In this document: positions 1 to 11,652 of the stretch, one piece after another
Numbering within the stretch: position 1 is the stretch's first letter
How the letters are laid out: each line of letters starts with the position of its first letter
From: Eledone cirrhosa
Taxonomy: Eukaryota
DNA length: 64,000 bases
NCBI GenBank assembly: GCA_964016885.1
Contig: OZ024740.1
Span: 393,142,001 to 393,206,000 of the forward strand
Direction of reading: 5' to 3'
Notes under the pieces: generated by a model
What the model was told of the DNA's origin: nothing
What the model saw: the letters and a program-made list of their open reading frames with translations, nothing else
The model's database searches: none
Made by a program: the position numbers and the translations under genes

Positions 1-239
1 ATAAATATGTATGTCTTCATTTATCTTTCTTATTGGCTTCAGTTATTGGAATTTGGTAGTGATGATGCACTGCCTTCAAAGGTTTATGCAATCATATCAA
101 CCCTAGCACTTATCTTTAAGTCTGGTACTTATTTTATTGATCTCTATTTATTGACTTGCTAGGTTCCAGGAGAAACAACAGTACCAGTTTTCGAGTGATG
201 CAAATGTAAGCACACACTCAAATGCAAACAAACACAAAA

Positions 240-515
240 CATTTTTTCATGCTCAAAGTTGCTGAAGCATGGAACAAACTACCTGCATCAATTATTAGCT
301 GTCGAGACACTGCATCCTTTAAAACCTCCATGCTTCCTGAGATTTGCCAACACTACACCTGATATCCCCCCTCCATACACACCCACACATGCATTTCATG
401 ACTCATACACTGTTCATTTTCCTGGCATTTGTACATTATTCTATGTACTATACATGCATCTTTGATGTGTTGTAGTGCACCTGAGTAATGTACACAATAA
501 TTTTATTATTATTAT
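240..515 (+). mobile_element. CR1/L2-type LINE 3' fragment
   Basis: Reads FFMLKVAEAWNKLPASIISCRDTASFKTSML, a typical CR1-group ORF2 C-terminal 'WN.LP' motif, followed by a 3'UTR and a (TTA)n tail. Confidence 0.75.
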
Positions 516-619
516 ATACACACACGTATACTTCCATCTGCCAAATTTCACTCACAAGGCATTGGTCAATCCAAGGATCTAGTAGAGGACACTACATACT
601 CCATTTGTTCCATTTCATC

Positions 620-1150
620 TTGTTATGAGGAGATGGTACTATTGGGGAGGTCTTGACTTCCTGATTACTTACTCCTTGCACTGCGATAAGGCAAATTATT
701 TAACCACCCTTGAAGCTGTGATTGGTGGTGTTTTGGAAATAGCAGTGTCTGAGTCCTGTTGCTATTTCTCCTTCCCTACCTTTCCAGCTCAAATCATTCT
801 TACTGTTGCATGTATAATGGCTAGGCTTTCTGCCTAGCACCACTGGTTGAATTGCTTTTCTTCCTGCTTTTAGGATAAAGCACAGCTCCAGAGTGGCTCT
901 GTTATCATGGGGGAAGGTGAAATATTAGTATCTGTATGTTTATGCAGAGCCCACCTGGTTATATGTCATTTTTGGTCATCTCAGCATTCATAGTATACTT
1001 GGAGTATATCACAAAAGGTTATGATGAGCCTGGTATCAACAACTCAACTGACATCCTTGGTTGTGACTGTTGTATTATGCTTCCACATACTGTGGCACCA
1101 GCCTATGAGCAGGTGTATGGTTCACCAGCTTGGCTCGCTGTCTTGCTGCA
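620..1150 (-). mobile_element. Highly decayed retroelement fragment, possibly RNase H
   Basis: Minus-strand pieces AESLAIIHA and DSDTAISK resemble RNase H 'AEL.AI' and 'DS..A' motifs. Many stops. Confidence 0.25.
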
Positions 1151-1627
1151 GAGTTAGTTTACAAAACCTAGCACACTCCTCTATATAACATTCCGTGGTC
1201 AATGGCAAAGACAATGACTAATAATTTTTTTAATTATCTCCCTTTGAAGGAACACAGGAAGTTCTTCTTTAGCAAATCAAAGGTATGTCACTTTTCTCTG
1301 CACATTTTTATATTAATAACTAACAGAATGGCCTGGTGTTGCTCGGGATTTTCTAGGGTTCTTATATATTTGATATATATTTATCCTTATCGAGTCTCGT
1401 GAAATAAATGCGTTTGTTTATATTTTGTTATTGTGTATGCAAAAATATCTGTACACAAATATATAATTATATTTATATATATATATATATTAAAATAACA
1501 GATTAAAGTTTAAGCAAAGAATTGCTGCTTTCACCCTTAACGGGATCTTCTGAAACTAAAAAAGTCAATCTGTGACAGCAGAAGTAAGTATTTCGAAAAA
1601 CGTTACACACACTATATATATATATAT

Positions 1628-1880
1628 ATCATCATCATTATCATCATCATCGTTTAACGTCCATCTTCCACGCTTGCATGGGTTTGGATGGGAGTTTTCC
1701 CACTTGAGGCAAGATTGGTTGTCCTGCTCGTATAGGACTGTCTGGCGGGTTTTCTACGGCTGGATGGCCTTCCTAACACCAACCACGTTTACAGTGTGGA
1801 CAGGTTTTTACCGTGTTACCTACACGGCCACATTACAGCGTGGACTGTGTGTTTTTTTGTCATGACACCTACACGTCTGG
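1628..1880 (-). mobile_element. RTE LINE 3'UTR fragment with (GAT)n tail
   Basis: Nearly colinear with the 3'UTR of the RTE at 50142-50528 and with 43470-43700. Confidence 0.8.
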
Positions 1881-2096
1881 TGTGTATATATATATACACA
1901 CACTATATATATATATACATATACACACACAGCGTCATAATGACGTAATGCAGACAGCAAGACATACAGACAGATATTATAAAGGCGCAACATTATATCT
2001 ATGTATCTATCTAAAAAGAAAGACTAAGAATTATAGAGAGAGATCGCTAAATCACTTAATGTGGTCCCTAGGGCATTGAAAATTTGAAATTTCTTT

Positions 2097-2151
2097 TCTC
2101 AAAATACTCACATTCTCAAAATACTCACATTTCTCAAAATACTCACATTCT
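2097..2151. repeat. Tandem repeat, 3 x ~17-18 bp (tctcaaaatactcacat)
   Basis: Read directly from the sequence. Confidence 0.9.
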
Positions 2152-2169
2152 CTGTTTTAGATATATAGA

Positions 2170-2544
2170 TAGTTGTTTCTACTTTAAGCACAAGGCCAGC
2201 AATTACCCAGTGCATTACTGGTACTTTATTTTATCGACCCCGTAAGGATGAAAGGCAAAGTTAACCTTGGCGGGATTTGAACTCAGATCATAAAGGGACG
2301 TAACTCTATGCTTCAAAGCATGGTGTCCGACTCTCTACCGATACTGCCAATCCACCGCCCTTCTAATAATAATGGTTTCTGATTTAGGCATAAGGCCAAC
2401 AATTTTGGAAAGTCGATTAAATTGACCCCAATGCATTACTTGTACTTTATTTCTTCGACTCCGTAAGGATGAAAGGCAAAGCTAGCCTTGGCTAGATTTG
2501 AAATCAGAATGAAGCATGTTGTCTGATGCTCTACTGATACTGCC

Positions 2545-2545
<1 letters not shown>
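2170..2545 (-). mobile_element. Two tandem copies of tRNA-derived SINE family B
   Basis: Reverse complement of the GGATTGGCAGTATCGGTAGAG...GAGTTCAAATCCCGCC (A/B box)...CTTTCATCCTTACGGGGTCGATAAAATAAAGTACCAG consensus seen about 12 times in the window. The central part resembles a Meta-type SINE domain. Confidence 0.85.
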
Positions 2546-2576
<31 letters not shown>

Positions 2577-2579
2577 CAC

Positions 2580-2990
2580 GTTAAACAGGACTGAACCAAG
2601 ATACAAATGGTATGGTAAGAAAATCAGCTATCTCTTATACGTGGATAATTCCAAGTTGTATGCTGCTGATGATAGACAACTAGAAACACTAGAACAGAGA
2701 GTGCAAAGATTTACAAAATAGATTGTTATGAGATTGTTTTGGATTAGAAAAATTTGCCAAAGCAAGCTTGGAGGTAGAAAAACAAATTTAAAATACTAAT
2801 ATTGTGTTAAATAAAAACAAAACAAAAGAAAAAAACAGATATAAGAAGTTAGATCAACCATATAGGGGTAAATACAAAAAATAAGGTGAAAGCATCAACA
2901 ATCTAACTACCCCAGTAATGAGTTACAGTTATATTCTTGATTAGACATTAAATGAACTGGCAAAACAAGAAAAGCAATAACTGCATTTTA
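2580..2990 (+). mobile_element. Decayed non-LTR RT fragment (R4/Dong- or RTE-like)
   Basis: Reads KKISYLLYVDNSKLYAADDRQLETL...FGLEKFAK, matching the 'ISHLLYMDDLKLY...FGL.KCA' pattern. Confidence 0.6.
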
Positions 2991-3008
2991 AAATACACCT
3001 ACACAGAT

Positions 3009-3018
3009 GAGAGAGGGG

Positions 3019-3092
<74 letters not shown>

Positions 3093-3097
3093 AGAGA
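3009..3097. repeat. (GA)n microsatellite
   Basis: Read directly from the sequence. Confidence 0.95.
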
Positions 3098-3283
3098 AGA
3101 ATCTAAACATTTAATAACAACAAAAAAGCAACATCAAATTGTCGTACACATACACACACATGTATATATAGAGAGAACATTATGCAAGGCCTTAAAATAA
3201 GGGAATCCCTCGCCACTAACGAATGCCCTCATCAATCAGGCAAGAGACAAAAATTATAAAATATTATATTAAAAGTAAATTAC

Positions 3284-3485
3284 ACGTAGTGTATAATGAA
3301 TGCAGCCATCATTATGTTTACAGAGTGGATGTCTTGGAGTGTGTTCACACCGTTTCTTCAGTTGAGTTATAAATTTAAAGTATTTATTCAAGTTGAATTT
3401 TAAAGGACTTTTGCTAACATTCTGATTGTCTTCACGGTAACTATCATCTGTAGAGTCTGCATGTTCTTCAGAACCTACAAAGAAT
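3284..3485 (-). CDS. TMEM135: TMEM135 internal coding exon (202 nt, phase 2 to 0), (R)FFVGSEEH...KRCEHTPRHPLCKHNDGCIHYTLR
   Basis: Splice sites atttcag|ATTC and CTACGT|gtaatt. Lies within ORF 3269..3574. Matches recalled FIVGKEE...[23 protein letters not shown]. The flanking exons further up- and downstream were not found in the window. Confidence 0.92.
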
Positions 3486-3869
3486 CTGAAATATGTATAT
3501 ATATATATATAAAAAAGAATGCAAATAAACCAATAACATAAAAAACAATACAGCCTAATAAATAAGTAAATCATTTGCTATCTGCACAGTGATACTTGAG
3601 ATGGCTTGGTCATATCAGATGAATGGAAGTTGGTGAAGGAGATTTGGCTACTATTTCTAGTTGGTTAAAGTAACATGTAGAGACCCTCTGGTTGATTTTG
3701 TTTCAAACAATGCTTTAGTTTCATTTTTTTAAATCTTTAGTTAGGGAGGGAAAAGCAGTGCTCTTGGTCTTTTATTTTTCAGGGTCTATAAGACTGTGGG
3801 AAGATGAGAGGAAATTATCTTTAACTTGATCCCAGTATTTAACTGTAATAATAATAATAATAATAATAA

Positions 3870-4275
3870 TAACGAAATGATTGTGTACAATGCTTAGGTG
3901 CACTACAGCTTGTCAAAGGTGCATGTATAGTACATAGAATAATGTACAAATGTCAGGAAAATGAACAGTGTATGGAGGGGGGACATCAAGTGTTTTCTTG
4001 GCGAATTTCAAGAAGCATGGAAGTTTTAAAGGATGCAGTGTCTCGACAGCTAACAACTGATGCAGGCAGTTTGTTCCATGGAAGTTTTAAAGGATGCAGT
4101 GTCTCGACAGCTAACAACTGATGCAGGCAGTTTGTTCCATGCTTCAGCAACTCTGAGCGTGAAAACATGTTTCTGAAAGTCATGGGAGCTGTGCTGTTTT
4201 CTGACTTTGTAGGCATGCCCACGTGTGTTAGAAACATGGAATTCAAAAAGGTGCTCAGGGTTGTTGTTGGCAAGT
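3870..4275 (-). mobile_element. CR1/L2-type LINE 3' fragment with an internal 61-bp tandem duplication (4020-4080/4081-4141)
   Basis: ORF 3986..4285 contains WNKLPASVVSCRDTASFKTSML. Same family as 240-515, in the opposite orientation. Confidence 0.8.
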
Positions 4276-4282
4276 GAAGGTG

Positions 4283-4600
4283 CATGGTTTAGTGGTTAGA
4301 GCATTGGGCTTACAATTGTGAGGTTGTGAGTTTGATTCTCGGACTGAGCTTTGCGTTGTGTTCTTAAGCAAGACACTTTATTTTATGTTGCTCCAGTATG
4401 TCACTCAGCTATGGAAATGAGATGCGACGTCACTGGTACCAAGTTGTATTGGCCTTTTCCTTGGACAACATGGCATGGAGAGGGGAGACTGGTGTGCAGG
4501 GGCGACTGCTGGTCTTCCACAAACAACCTTGCCCGGACTTGTGCCTTGGAGGGGAACTTTCTAGGTGCAAATCCTATGGTCATTCGTGACTTTACCCTTT
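4283..4600 (+). mobile_element. tRNA-headed SINE (family A head, different tail)
   Basis: A box TGGTTTAGTGG, B-box-like GAGTTTGATTC, and the CORE-like block cttaagcaagacactttattt...gctccag. Confidence 0.75.
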
Positions 4601-4758
4601 ACCCTAGTGCTTGAAATGGAATGAACTTCACTGAAGGTACCCAAGGACAAAGTGGTGGTGTTAAACCAGATAACAGATTATGTCTACCAAACAAGAACCT
4701 AGATTGCGAAGATTTGAATAAATACTGTTAAACATCTAGTCTGACACTAATAAATTAC

Positions 4759-4911
4759 CTTTCAGATTCTGCTCCAAATACCTTTTTCCAATCTTTCCTT
4801 CTCAGTGTTGGACCACTCAAGAGTTCTTTCATTACCCTTGCATTTTCTGTGGACATCGGAAGATGTTCAAACTGAACATTAATTGCAATGTGCTTACTAA
4901 TGTAAGAAAAT
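4759..4911 (-). CDS. Candidate alternative in-frame cassette exon of TMEM135 (153 nt, phase 2 to 2)
   Basis: ctttcacag|A TTT TCT ... TCT GAA AG|gtaatt. Stop-free for 50 codons (FSYISKHIAINVQFEHLPMSTENARVMKELLSGPTLRRKDWKKVFGAESE) in the TMEM135 frame. No counterpart in the recalled vertebrate protein. Confidence 0.35.
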
Positions 4912-5120
4912 CTGTGAAAGCCAGACTAACTTTCCTTCCTCCTTTGGCTAACTCATTAAAAAGAAATCTCAATCTTAAAATTTCTTAAGATTTATAATCT
5001 GAAACAGAAGGTTAACACATTCATCTTTCATTAAGGGATGTCGTGTGTAGAAAAATGTAAAGTTCATGATGAAAACATTTCTATTCAGATGAAATATAAA
5101 AATGACTATATTTTTCTTAC

Positions 5121-5162
5121 CTAATTACATTTGCTATATACGATTGAAGTCCTCCTTTAGAT
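5121..5162 (-). CDS. TMEM135: TMEM135 internal coding exon (42 nt, phase 2 to 2), (R)SKGGLQSYIANVI(R)
   Basis: Splice sites gctctattttcag|ATCT...ATTAG|gtaaga. Only the phase-2 frame is open. It matches recalled RCKDGLKGFTFSALR in length and pattern. Confidence 0.88.
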
Positions 5163-5545
5163 CTGAAAATAGAGCAATAAGATGATGTTCAGAAATGATT
5201 GCATGTGAAAATGCATATAGTTTTATCAACGCACCCAGTACACTCTGCAAAGTGGTTGGTTATAGGATGGGCATCTAGCCATAGAAAACTTGCCAAGTAA
5301 AGGATTAGGAGTACTCTCTAGCAGTGTCAAAGACATGACAACCTCCCTAGTGTTGGTAAAATACACATAATAAATACAGTCAGTACACTTTGTAAAGGAG
5401 TTGGTGATAGAAGGGCATTCAGCTGTAGAAAAACCTGCCAAACAAAGGGTTGGGAGGACTCTTGAGCTGTGTCAAAGACATGACAACCTCCTCAGTGCTA
5501 GTACCATGACAAAATACACTCAGTAGAGTGTGGAAACATCTTGTG

Positions 5546-5705
5546 AGATACAGGCCTCTGGCTTGCCTGAGCACCCAGTAGACTGTGAGAACATAAGTGA
5601 GATGGAATTCCTTAGCCCATCTCAGATACAGGCCTCTGGCTTGCCCGAGCACCCAGTAGACTGTGAGAACATAAGTGAGATGGAATTCCTTAGCCCATCT
5701 CAGAT
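5546..5705. repeat. 78-bp tandem duplication (2 copies, 1 mismatch)
   Basis: agatacaggcctctggcttgcc[t/c]gagcacccag...cccatctc occurs twice. Confidence 0.95.
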
Positions 5706-5759
5706 GTCAGTGGCTCTGATTGAGTGACTTTACCAGTCAAACAAAAAAGAAATCCCCCC

Positions 5760-6800
5760 TCCCACACACAGGTACAAATAAATGGAAAAAAATGATCAAA
5801 GAATAATGTGGAAGTTGAGAATATTTATATTAAGAGTTTGACTCATTCATGCATTATTGGCAATTCAAGGAGTGGTATAATAACTACACAGCATTGTTCC
5901 ATAACTTAGATAAAAGAAACTCAATAAAACACTTCAGATATGCCTGGAAATTCAAAGAACACTCCATCAACTGGAGGATCACAAGAGGGAACAACCCTTA
6001 TACTAATGGAACTAGAAGATGTGGACTCTGCAATGTGGAAAGCAGGCTTGCTTTGAAAAACTCACCAGAACCTATTGCTTGTTTAACCATCAGAAATAAA
6101 CTTTTTCAAAACTTGCCTGCATTGCTCAAAATGTTTCATGCATTTCTGGTCAACACAAGAACAGAGGTCATAGCAAGGATACCACTCTACCTCATAAGCA
6201 GTGAATTACTTTACCAACTTCCACATAGCTGTAAAACACTTTCAAAAAGGCCTCCACAAAAAAGGCAGGAGAATGAACTTAACCATACATTAACTATTTG
6301 ACCATTCTTGCTACCGTCAGTCCTCCTATTATATTACTGACCTATGTAAAAATCTTTATTTTTTTCATTTTTCAACTAACCAACTGGTACATAAATATAT
6401 TCAATTTTTATATTCCACCACCCCTTCACTTTAATGACCATTACACCACTACTAGCTAGATCATATATATCCCATTATATTTTTTTAATATAAATTCTTT
6501 GTGTAAATATAATTTGACAGTGCTTACTCTACCCCACCCCCAGAAAAAATATTTGCAATGGCGTAGATCTATTTGAAAATGGTCATTACACACTTCTCTG
6601 GCCACATAGAGTCACCTCCCTTGCACCAGGCTTTTATATAATTTTGAGACAACTAACCACCAGAAGTAGCCACCATTCTGGATGTTACAGATTTAATTAT
6701 GGTTGAATATCAGTGTTTGTAGGTTATAGATATATTTTACAATACTAATGAAATCATGCCTTTTTCAATAAAGACTATGAAAGTACTAGTTTTTCTTTAA
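5760..6800 (+). mobile_element. Penelope-like element remnant (GIY-YIG endonuclease C-terminus plus 3' region)
   Basis: ORF 5849..6301 reads FKEWYNNYT..F...YAWKFKE..INWRI...PYTNGTRRCGLCNVE, the PLE endonuclease C-terminal pattern. A decayed hammerhead-like motif (ctaatga...gaaagtacta) lies near 6745-6790. Confidence 0.75.
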
Positions 6801-8734
6801 AATCCAATTAACACTATGTCTTAAAATTACCTCTATATTCGTATATCAAGGGCTCATTCTTTCATAATATGAAACCACACTCAAGTAATTATATATATAT
6901 ATTGAGATGGGAAAATCTGTGTTGAACAATAATATTTTGCTGTATTTATTAGCTGTGTCAGTAATGTCCTTGGTGATTTTCCTTACATATTCTTCAGAAG
7001 TCGATAAAATAAATATCCCACAAGTACTGAGATCGATATATAAAAGAAAAATATACCCTCGAAGTCTGTGACCTCCCATTGTTGCAGTGCCATGAGAGAA
7101 ACAAATAAAAGAATTAAAGAATTTGAATATTGTTGATATGTTTTTGTTTAGTCTCTTTCCTAAACGCTATTTACTCAGCTATTGCTAGCAAGGGAGACAA
7201 CTTGGTATCAACAATATTTGGAACTTATGAAACATGCTTAATAAGTCCTGCACCCCAATCAGTATGACTACTTTTAAAATATTAACAAAAATGAAGCAGA
7301 TTAAATTTGCTGTCTAAAAATTATAAAAACAAATATATATATATATATGTATATAACAAAAGAAGATGGATGACTAGAAAAAAGATAAATGTGTTCGCCA
7401 AGAAGATAAAGATTATGAAATTACTGTTTGCTTTCATTAAAATAGTAGTGAAAGAAAGAGCCTCTGGATTTTATATCATCATCATCATCATCTGAGACAA
7501 TTATTTTCTAGTTTAGATAAATGAAAAAGATAAATAAGTAAAATCTAAATAGAATGGCACATTGCCTATTTTACTAATAAATGGGAAGGCAGCCAGCCAA
7601 ACCCCTGAAAACATTATTGTAATATACTCACATTATTTGATTAGTAACTAACCACTGGATTCTAATTTAATGAGCATGCCAACATTGATGTTTGAAAGAT
7701 GTTTGTGCAGATAATGTATGTTTTGCTTTTGTTTTGTTTTTAACACAGAGATTAGAGAGAGAGATAAACATGATTATCTTGAAGCAGAATTATGCCCTAT
7801 AGACTAAATGGCATCATGTTACAGAGTGAATTAAATTTTATTTGTTTGCTTTTGTTGTTGTGTTTAAGTAGATCGATAGCTAACATGAGCAAACACTGGC
7901 TGATTATGAACTTGTTTCAATTGAAGTTCAGTAAATACACATAGGACAGCAAATTTCCAATCCATTTATATATGGTAGTTTACGATAAGTGAACAGTGTC
8001 ATAAATTTAAAGTCAACTCAGAGAATGAAGTGGCAATCTATCTAAATGAATAAGACCAGTGACAGATCTAATTACTAAAGTAATATAGTACTGTGGTGGG
8101 GGTGATGCTGCATATAGCTAAAGATCTAGATTAGAGACTTCATGGTACCTAATTCAGATTTTCACATTTCTGATTTCAAATACAGTTAGTATAGCTGTAA
8201 AGGCAATGAGTCATTAGAGTGTCATATAGAATGCTTTGCAGTATTTGATGTGGCTTTCTGTGCTCTGAGTTCATATTCTGCTGATGTCAACTTTGCTTTT
8301 CACACTTTTGGTGCTGATAAAGTACTAGTCCAGCACTGGGGTCAATCCTACTTTAATCTTTCTTGATTTCTCTTTGGTTGTCCTCAAGACTCTCTAAGGT
8401 TTTAAAATGCCCAAGATACACTGTATGTCAAAACAGTGCTCCTAAGACTCCATAATACATTGAAGTATCAATGTAAATTGTTTTTAATTTTTCTTGCAAT
8501 TCCATCAGTACAGAGGCACGTATATGTCGAGTATCAAGGGAGTTAGGTACTGCTTTTGATAAAATCCAATGTTTCACTGCAGAGATTTTGTGTATGTTGT
8601 TTGTATCTGTCTAATTGTGTTTTTGTATAGTAGTAGCATGCTGGAGTTTATTACAACTTTCATAGGAGGACTAACTGGTTAAGAAATATATCTATCTGTG
8701 CATCCTGCTCTCTCTCTCTCTATATATATATATA

Positions 8735-9052
8735 TATCCTCACTGTATAGTGATCATATATGTGTCAAGACAAAAGCGCCCAGCCCACACTGAAAAGTGG
8801 TCGTGTAGGAGTCATAACAAAAAGTACCCAGTCCACACTATAAAGTGTTTGTGTTGGCAACACAACAAAAAGCACCCAGTACACACTGTAAATGTGGTTG
8901 GCATTAGGAAGGGTATCCAGCTGTAGAAACCAAGCCAAAATCAGCCAGTGTGAGCGAAACACGGTCCTCTGATCTGATCCCTTCCAAAGGGTCAGCCCGT
9001 CCTACCCATCCCAGCGTGGAAAATGGATGTTAAAAGATGATGATGATGATAT
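8735..9052 (+). mobile_element. SINE/RTE-tail element with internal cacactgtaaa repeats and a (GAT)n tail
   Basis: Contains the shared core cactgtaaatgtggttggcattaggaagggtatccagctgtagaaac. Confidence 0.8.
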
Positions 9053-9576
9053 ATATTTCTGGATAGCAACAAAAGGTTTAGACTACCCTGGAAGATTTTA
9101 ACCCCACTGCTGAAAGTTAGCAAAACAATCAAAACATATATTCTTGTTCAGCCCCTGGTCAACAAGGATAGAACATATCAACCTATCTCATCTTCTTTTC
9201 AGAAATAGAGTATTATCTAGAACTATATTATCTAACATGTTCTTCCTTTTTTAAATGGTAGATGGTGATTTGAGGGAGATTAGCCTGTAGTTTCTAGTAG
9301 TTTGAACATTCATAGGGAGGCTCCCTATAACTTTTAGTGTTAAGCAGTAGGCTGTACATTCCTATATTACTTATATCTAGTTATGTAAATTTCTTTATTG
9401 AAAATGTTTATTATTGCAGATAATCTTTGCTATAGCAGTCATTACAGTAAATCAGAACAAAGCCATATTGTTCTCTTGGTTTTTAATAACAGGAGAAACA
9501 CTATATAATTAGAACCTTAAAAAAAGGCTTGTGCAGTGACTCTGCATGTGAGTGAAGGTGAAGTTCGAATATCTTG

Positions 9577-9684
9577 GAAGAAGAAGAAGGAGAAGGAGAA
9601 GAAGAAGAAGAAGAAGAAGGAGAAGAAGAAGACGGAGAAGGAGAAGAAGAAGAAGAAGAAGAAGAAGAAGAAGAAGAAGAAGAA
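9577..9684. repeat. (GAA)n/(GGAGAA) purine tract
   Basis: Read directly. It explains the poly-E and poly-K ORFs. Confidence 0.95.
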
Positions 9685-11315
9685 ATTGATCTGCAGTTTT
9701 TCTTTTATACTTTTGTCTTTATGAGAGACAGAACAGCACCAATATGTGACATGATGATAAATGACAACATTTTGTTAGCAGGTTTATTGTCAATTCAGTC
9801 TGCATATTAACTCAATGTTCTGTAGCACATGAAACCACATTAGCAAGACATTCTTGATAAATACGAAACAGCATTATGCATCATATAAAAGATTAAAGTT
9901 TCTTTTTTTTTCTAATACTGCAAATTATCACAGCAATTTATCTACTAGTAAAGAAACTATAAACATTTGAATTAAACCTATTTTTAAATGTTTTCTGCTA
10001 AATTATTATAGGACTCTAAATGCTCTGTAAGGCATTCTTGAAAATTACAAAACAGCACTATGAATGTAGTGAAACCGATTGTTGTTATTTTACAAAACTA
10101 TGGCTGTATTTACATATGTGCATTTGGCGCAGTAATATCCATCACATCCTTTTCTTATATAAAGGAACTTATACCTAAAACTCTTTTACTTTTGCACCAG
10201 ATTTTGGCTGTAGCAGTGGCTGGTCCTTTTTGACTGACTACTAGCCAACCAACGGATCAACAATATGCCAGGTAACAAGGTTATATCTTTTACTTTATCG
10301 CACCTCTGTATTCACAGATGCAGACCATCTTTCTCTATAAAGAGTCTGTACCTTCAATTTTTTTTTCAAGTACTACTACAACTAAATATTTATATTCCAA
10401 AGAAACACTTTCCTTTCTGTGAAATCTGCCTTTTAATATGTTAAAATGGCTTTGTAGTATTCCATTGGCAGTTTTGTTTCCTTGTTGGTCTTTCACCTGA
10501 ATACTAATGTTTTGGTGTAATCTTTCTTAACATCGATTACACAGCAACACGTCTGACACAAACAAACAGCACTGCTAAAACTGCATCACATTAAAAATTA
10601 AAGTCTTTACTCTAATATTGAAAGTCTTCACAATCTATCAACTAGTAATGATACTATGAATAGTTGAATAAACAAGCCTGTTTTTAGATAATTTCTGCTA
10701 AATTATTACAGAATGTTAAGAGTTAAGACTTAACTAATCCAACAAAACAAAATACATAAATTAACACCTATTTGTAGGGACACAGCTGTGTGGTTAAGGA
10801 GTTATTTTCTCAGCCACATAGCTGTGAGTTTCAATCCTACTGTCTTGAACATTGGGCAAGTGTCTTCTGCTGAAACTGGAAACTTTACGAAAATCTCTCT
10901 CTCTCTATATATATATATATGTTACACAGAAGACCCGAATTCCCATGGGTACAAGCCAAAGCTGAAGCATATAGACCGTATGCCCCCACCCCCTCCCACT
11001 GTAAAGTAGTCGTGGTAAAAAAGCGCCCAGTACTCACTGTAAATAAGGTTGATGTTAAGAAGGGCATCCATCTGTAGAAATCAAGTCAAAATCAGTTCTG
11101 TATGAGCAAGACCTGACCTAGCATTGCCCACAATAGGACAACTTGTCTAACCCATGTATCATCACCATTTAACATCCATTTTTCCATGCTATCATGGGTT
11201 AGACGAGTTGTCCTGTTGTGCGACAAGTCAGATCAGGTGACTGTGTCTTGCTCATACAGAACTGATTCTGTATGTGTATGTGTGTTTGTATGTATGCGTC
11301 TGTCTATCTGTATGT

Positions 11316-11652
11316 ATCATCATCATCATTTTACGTCCGCTTTTCCCTGCTTGCAAGGGTGGGACGGGAACTGATTCTGGCTTGATTTCTACAGCTGGAT
11401 GCCCTTCCTAACACCAACCTCATTTACAGTGAGTGCTGGGTGCTTTTTTTTCCGTGGCACCTACACGTCCACTTTGCAGTGGAACGATAGGAACCTCATT
11501 CCCTATCATCTCATTTCTACAGCTGAGTAAACTGGAGCAATGTGAAATAAAGTGTCTTTCTCAAGGAAACAACACATCACCCGGTCCGAGAATTGAACTC
11601 ACAACCCTTCGATTGCAAGGCCAATGCTCTAACCACTAAGCCATGTGCCTCC
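11316..11652 (-). mobile_element. Full-length tRNA-headed SINE family A with RTE-type tail
   Basis: Near-exact reverse complement of 12441-12828. Confidence 0.9.

Noticed and set aside
6983-7093. 36-aa single-TM micropeptide ORF on the minus strand (MALQQWEVTDFEGIFFFYISISVLVGYLFYRLLKNM) with downstream AATAAA
   Set aside because: Its DNA (atcgatctcagtact...tttattttatcgac...taaggaaaatcacc) is a decayed copy of SINE family B, so the hydrophobicity comes from T-rich SINE sequence.
6831-7314. Possible extra TMEM135 exon (tttttag| ... GAG|gtaatt)
   Set aside because: The phase needed to join the 42-nt exon contains a stop, there is no TMEM135 similarity, and the true upstream exon is at 59807-59853.
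9536-9810. Poly-K and poly-E ORFs
   Set aside because: Translations of a (GAA)n microsatellite.
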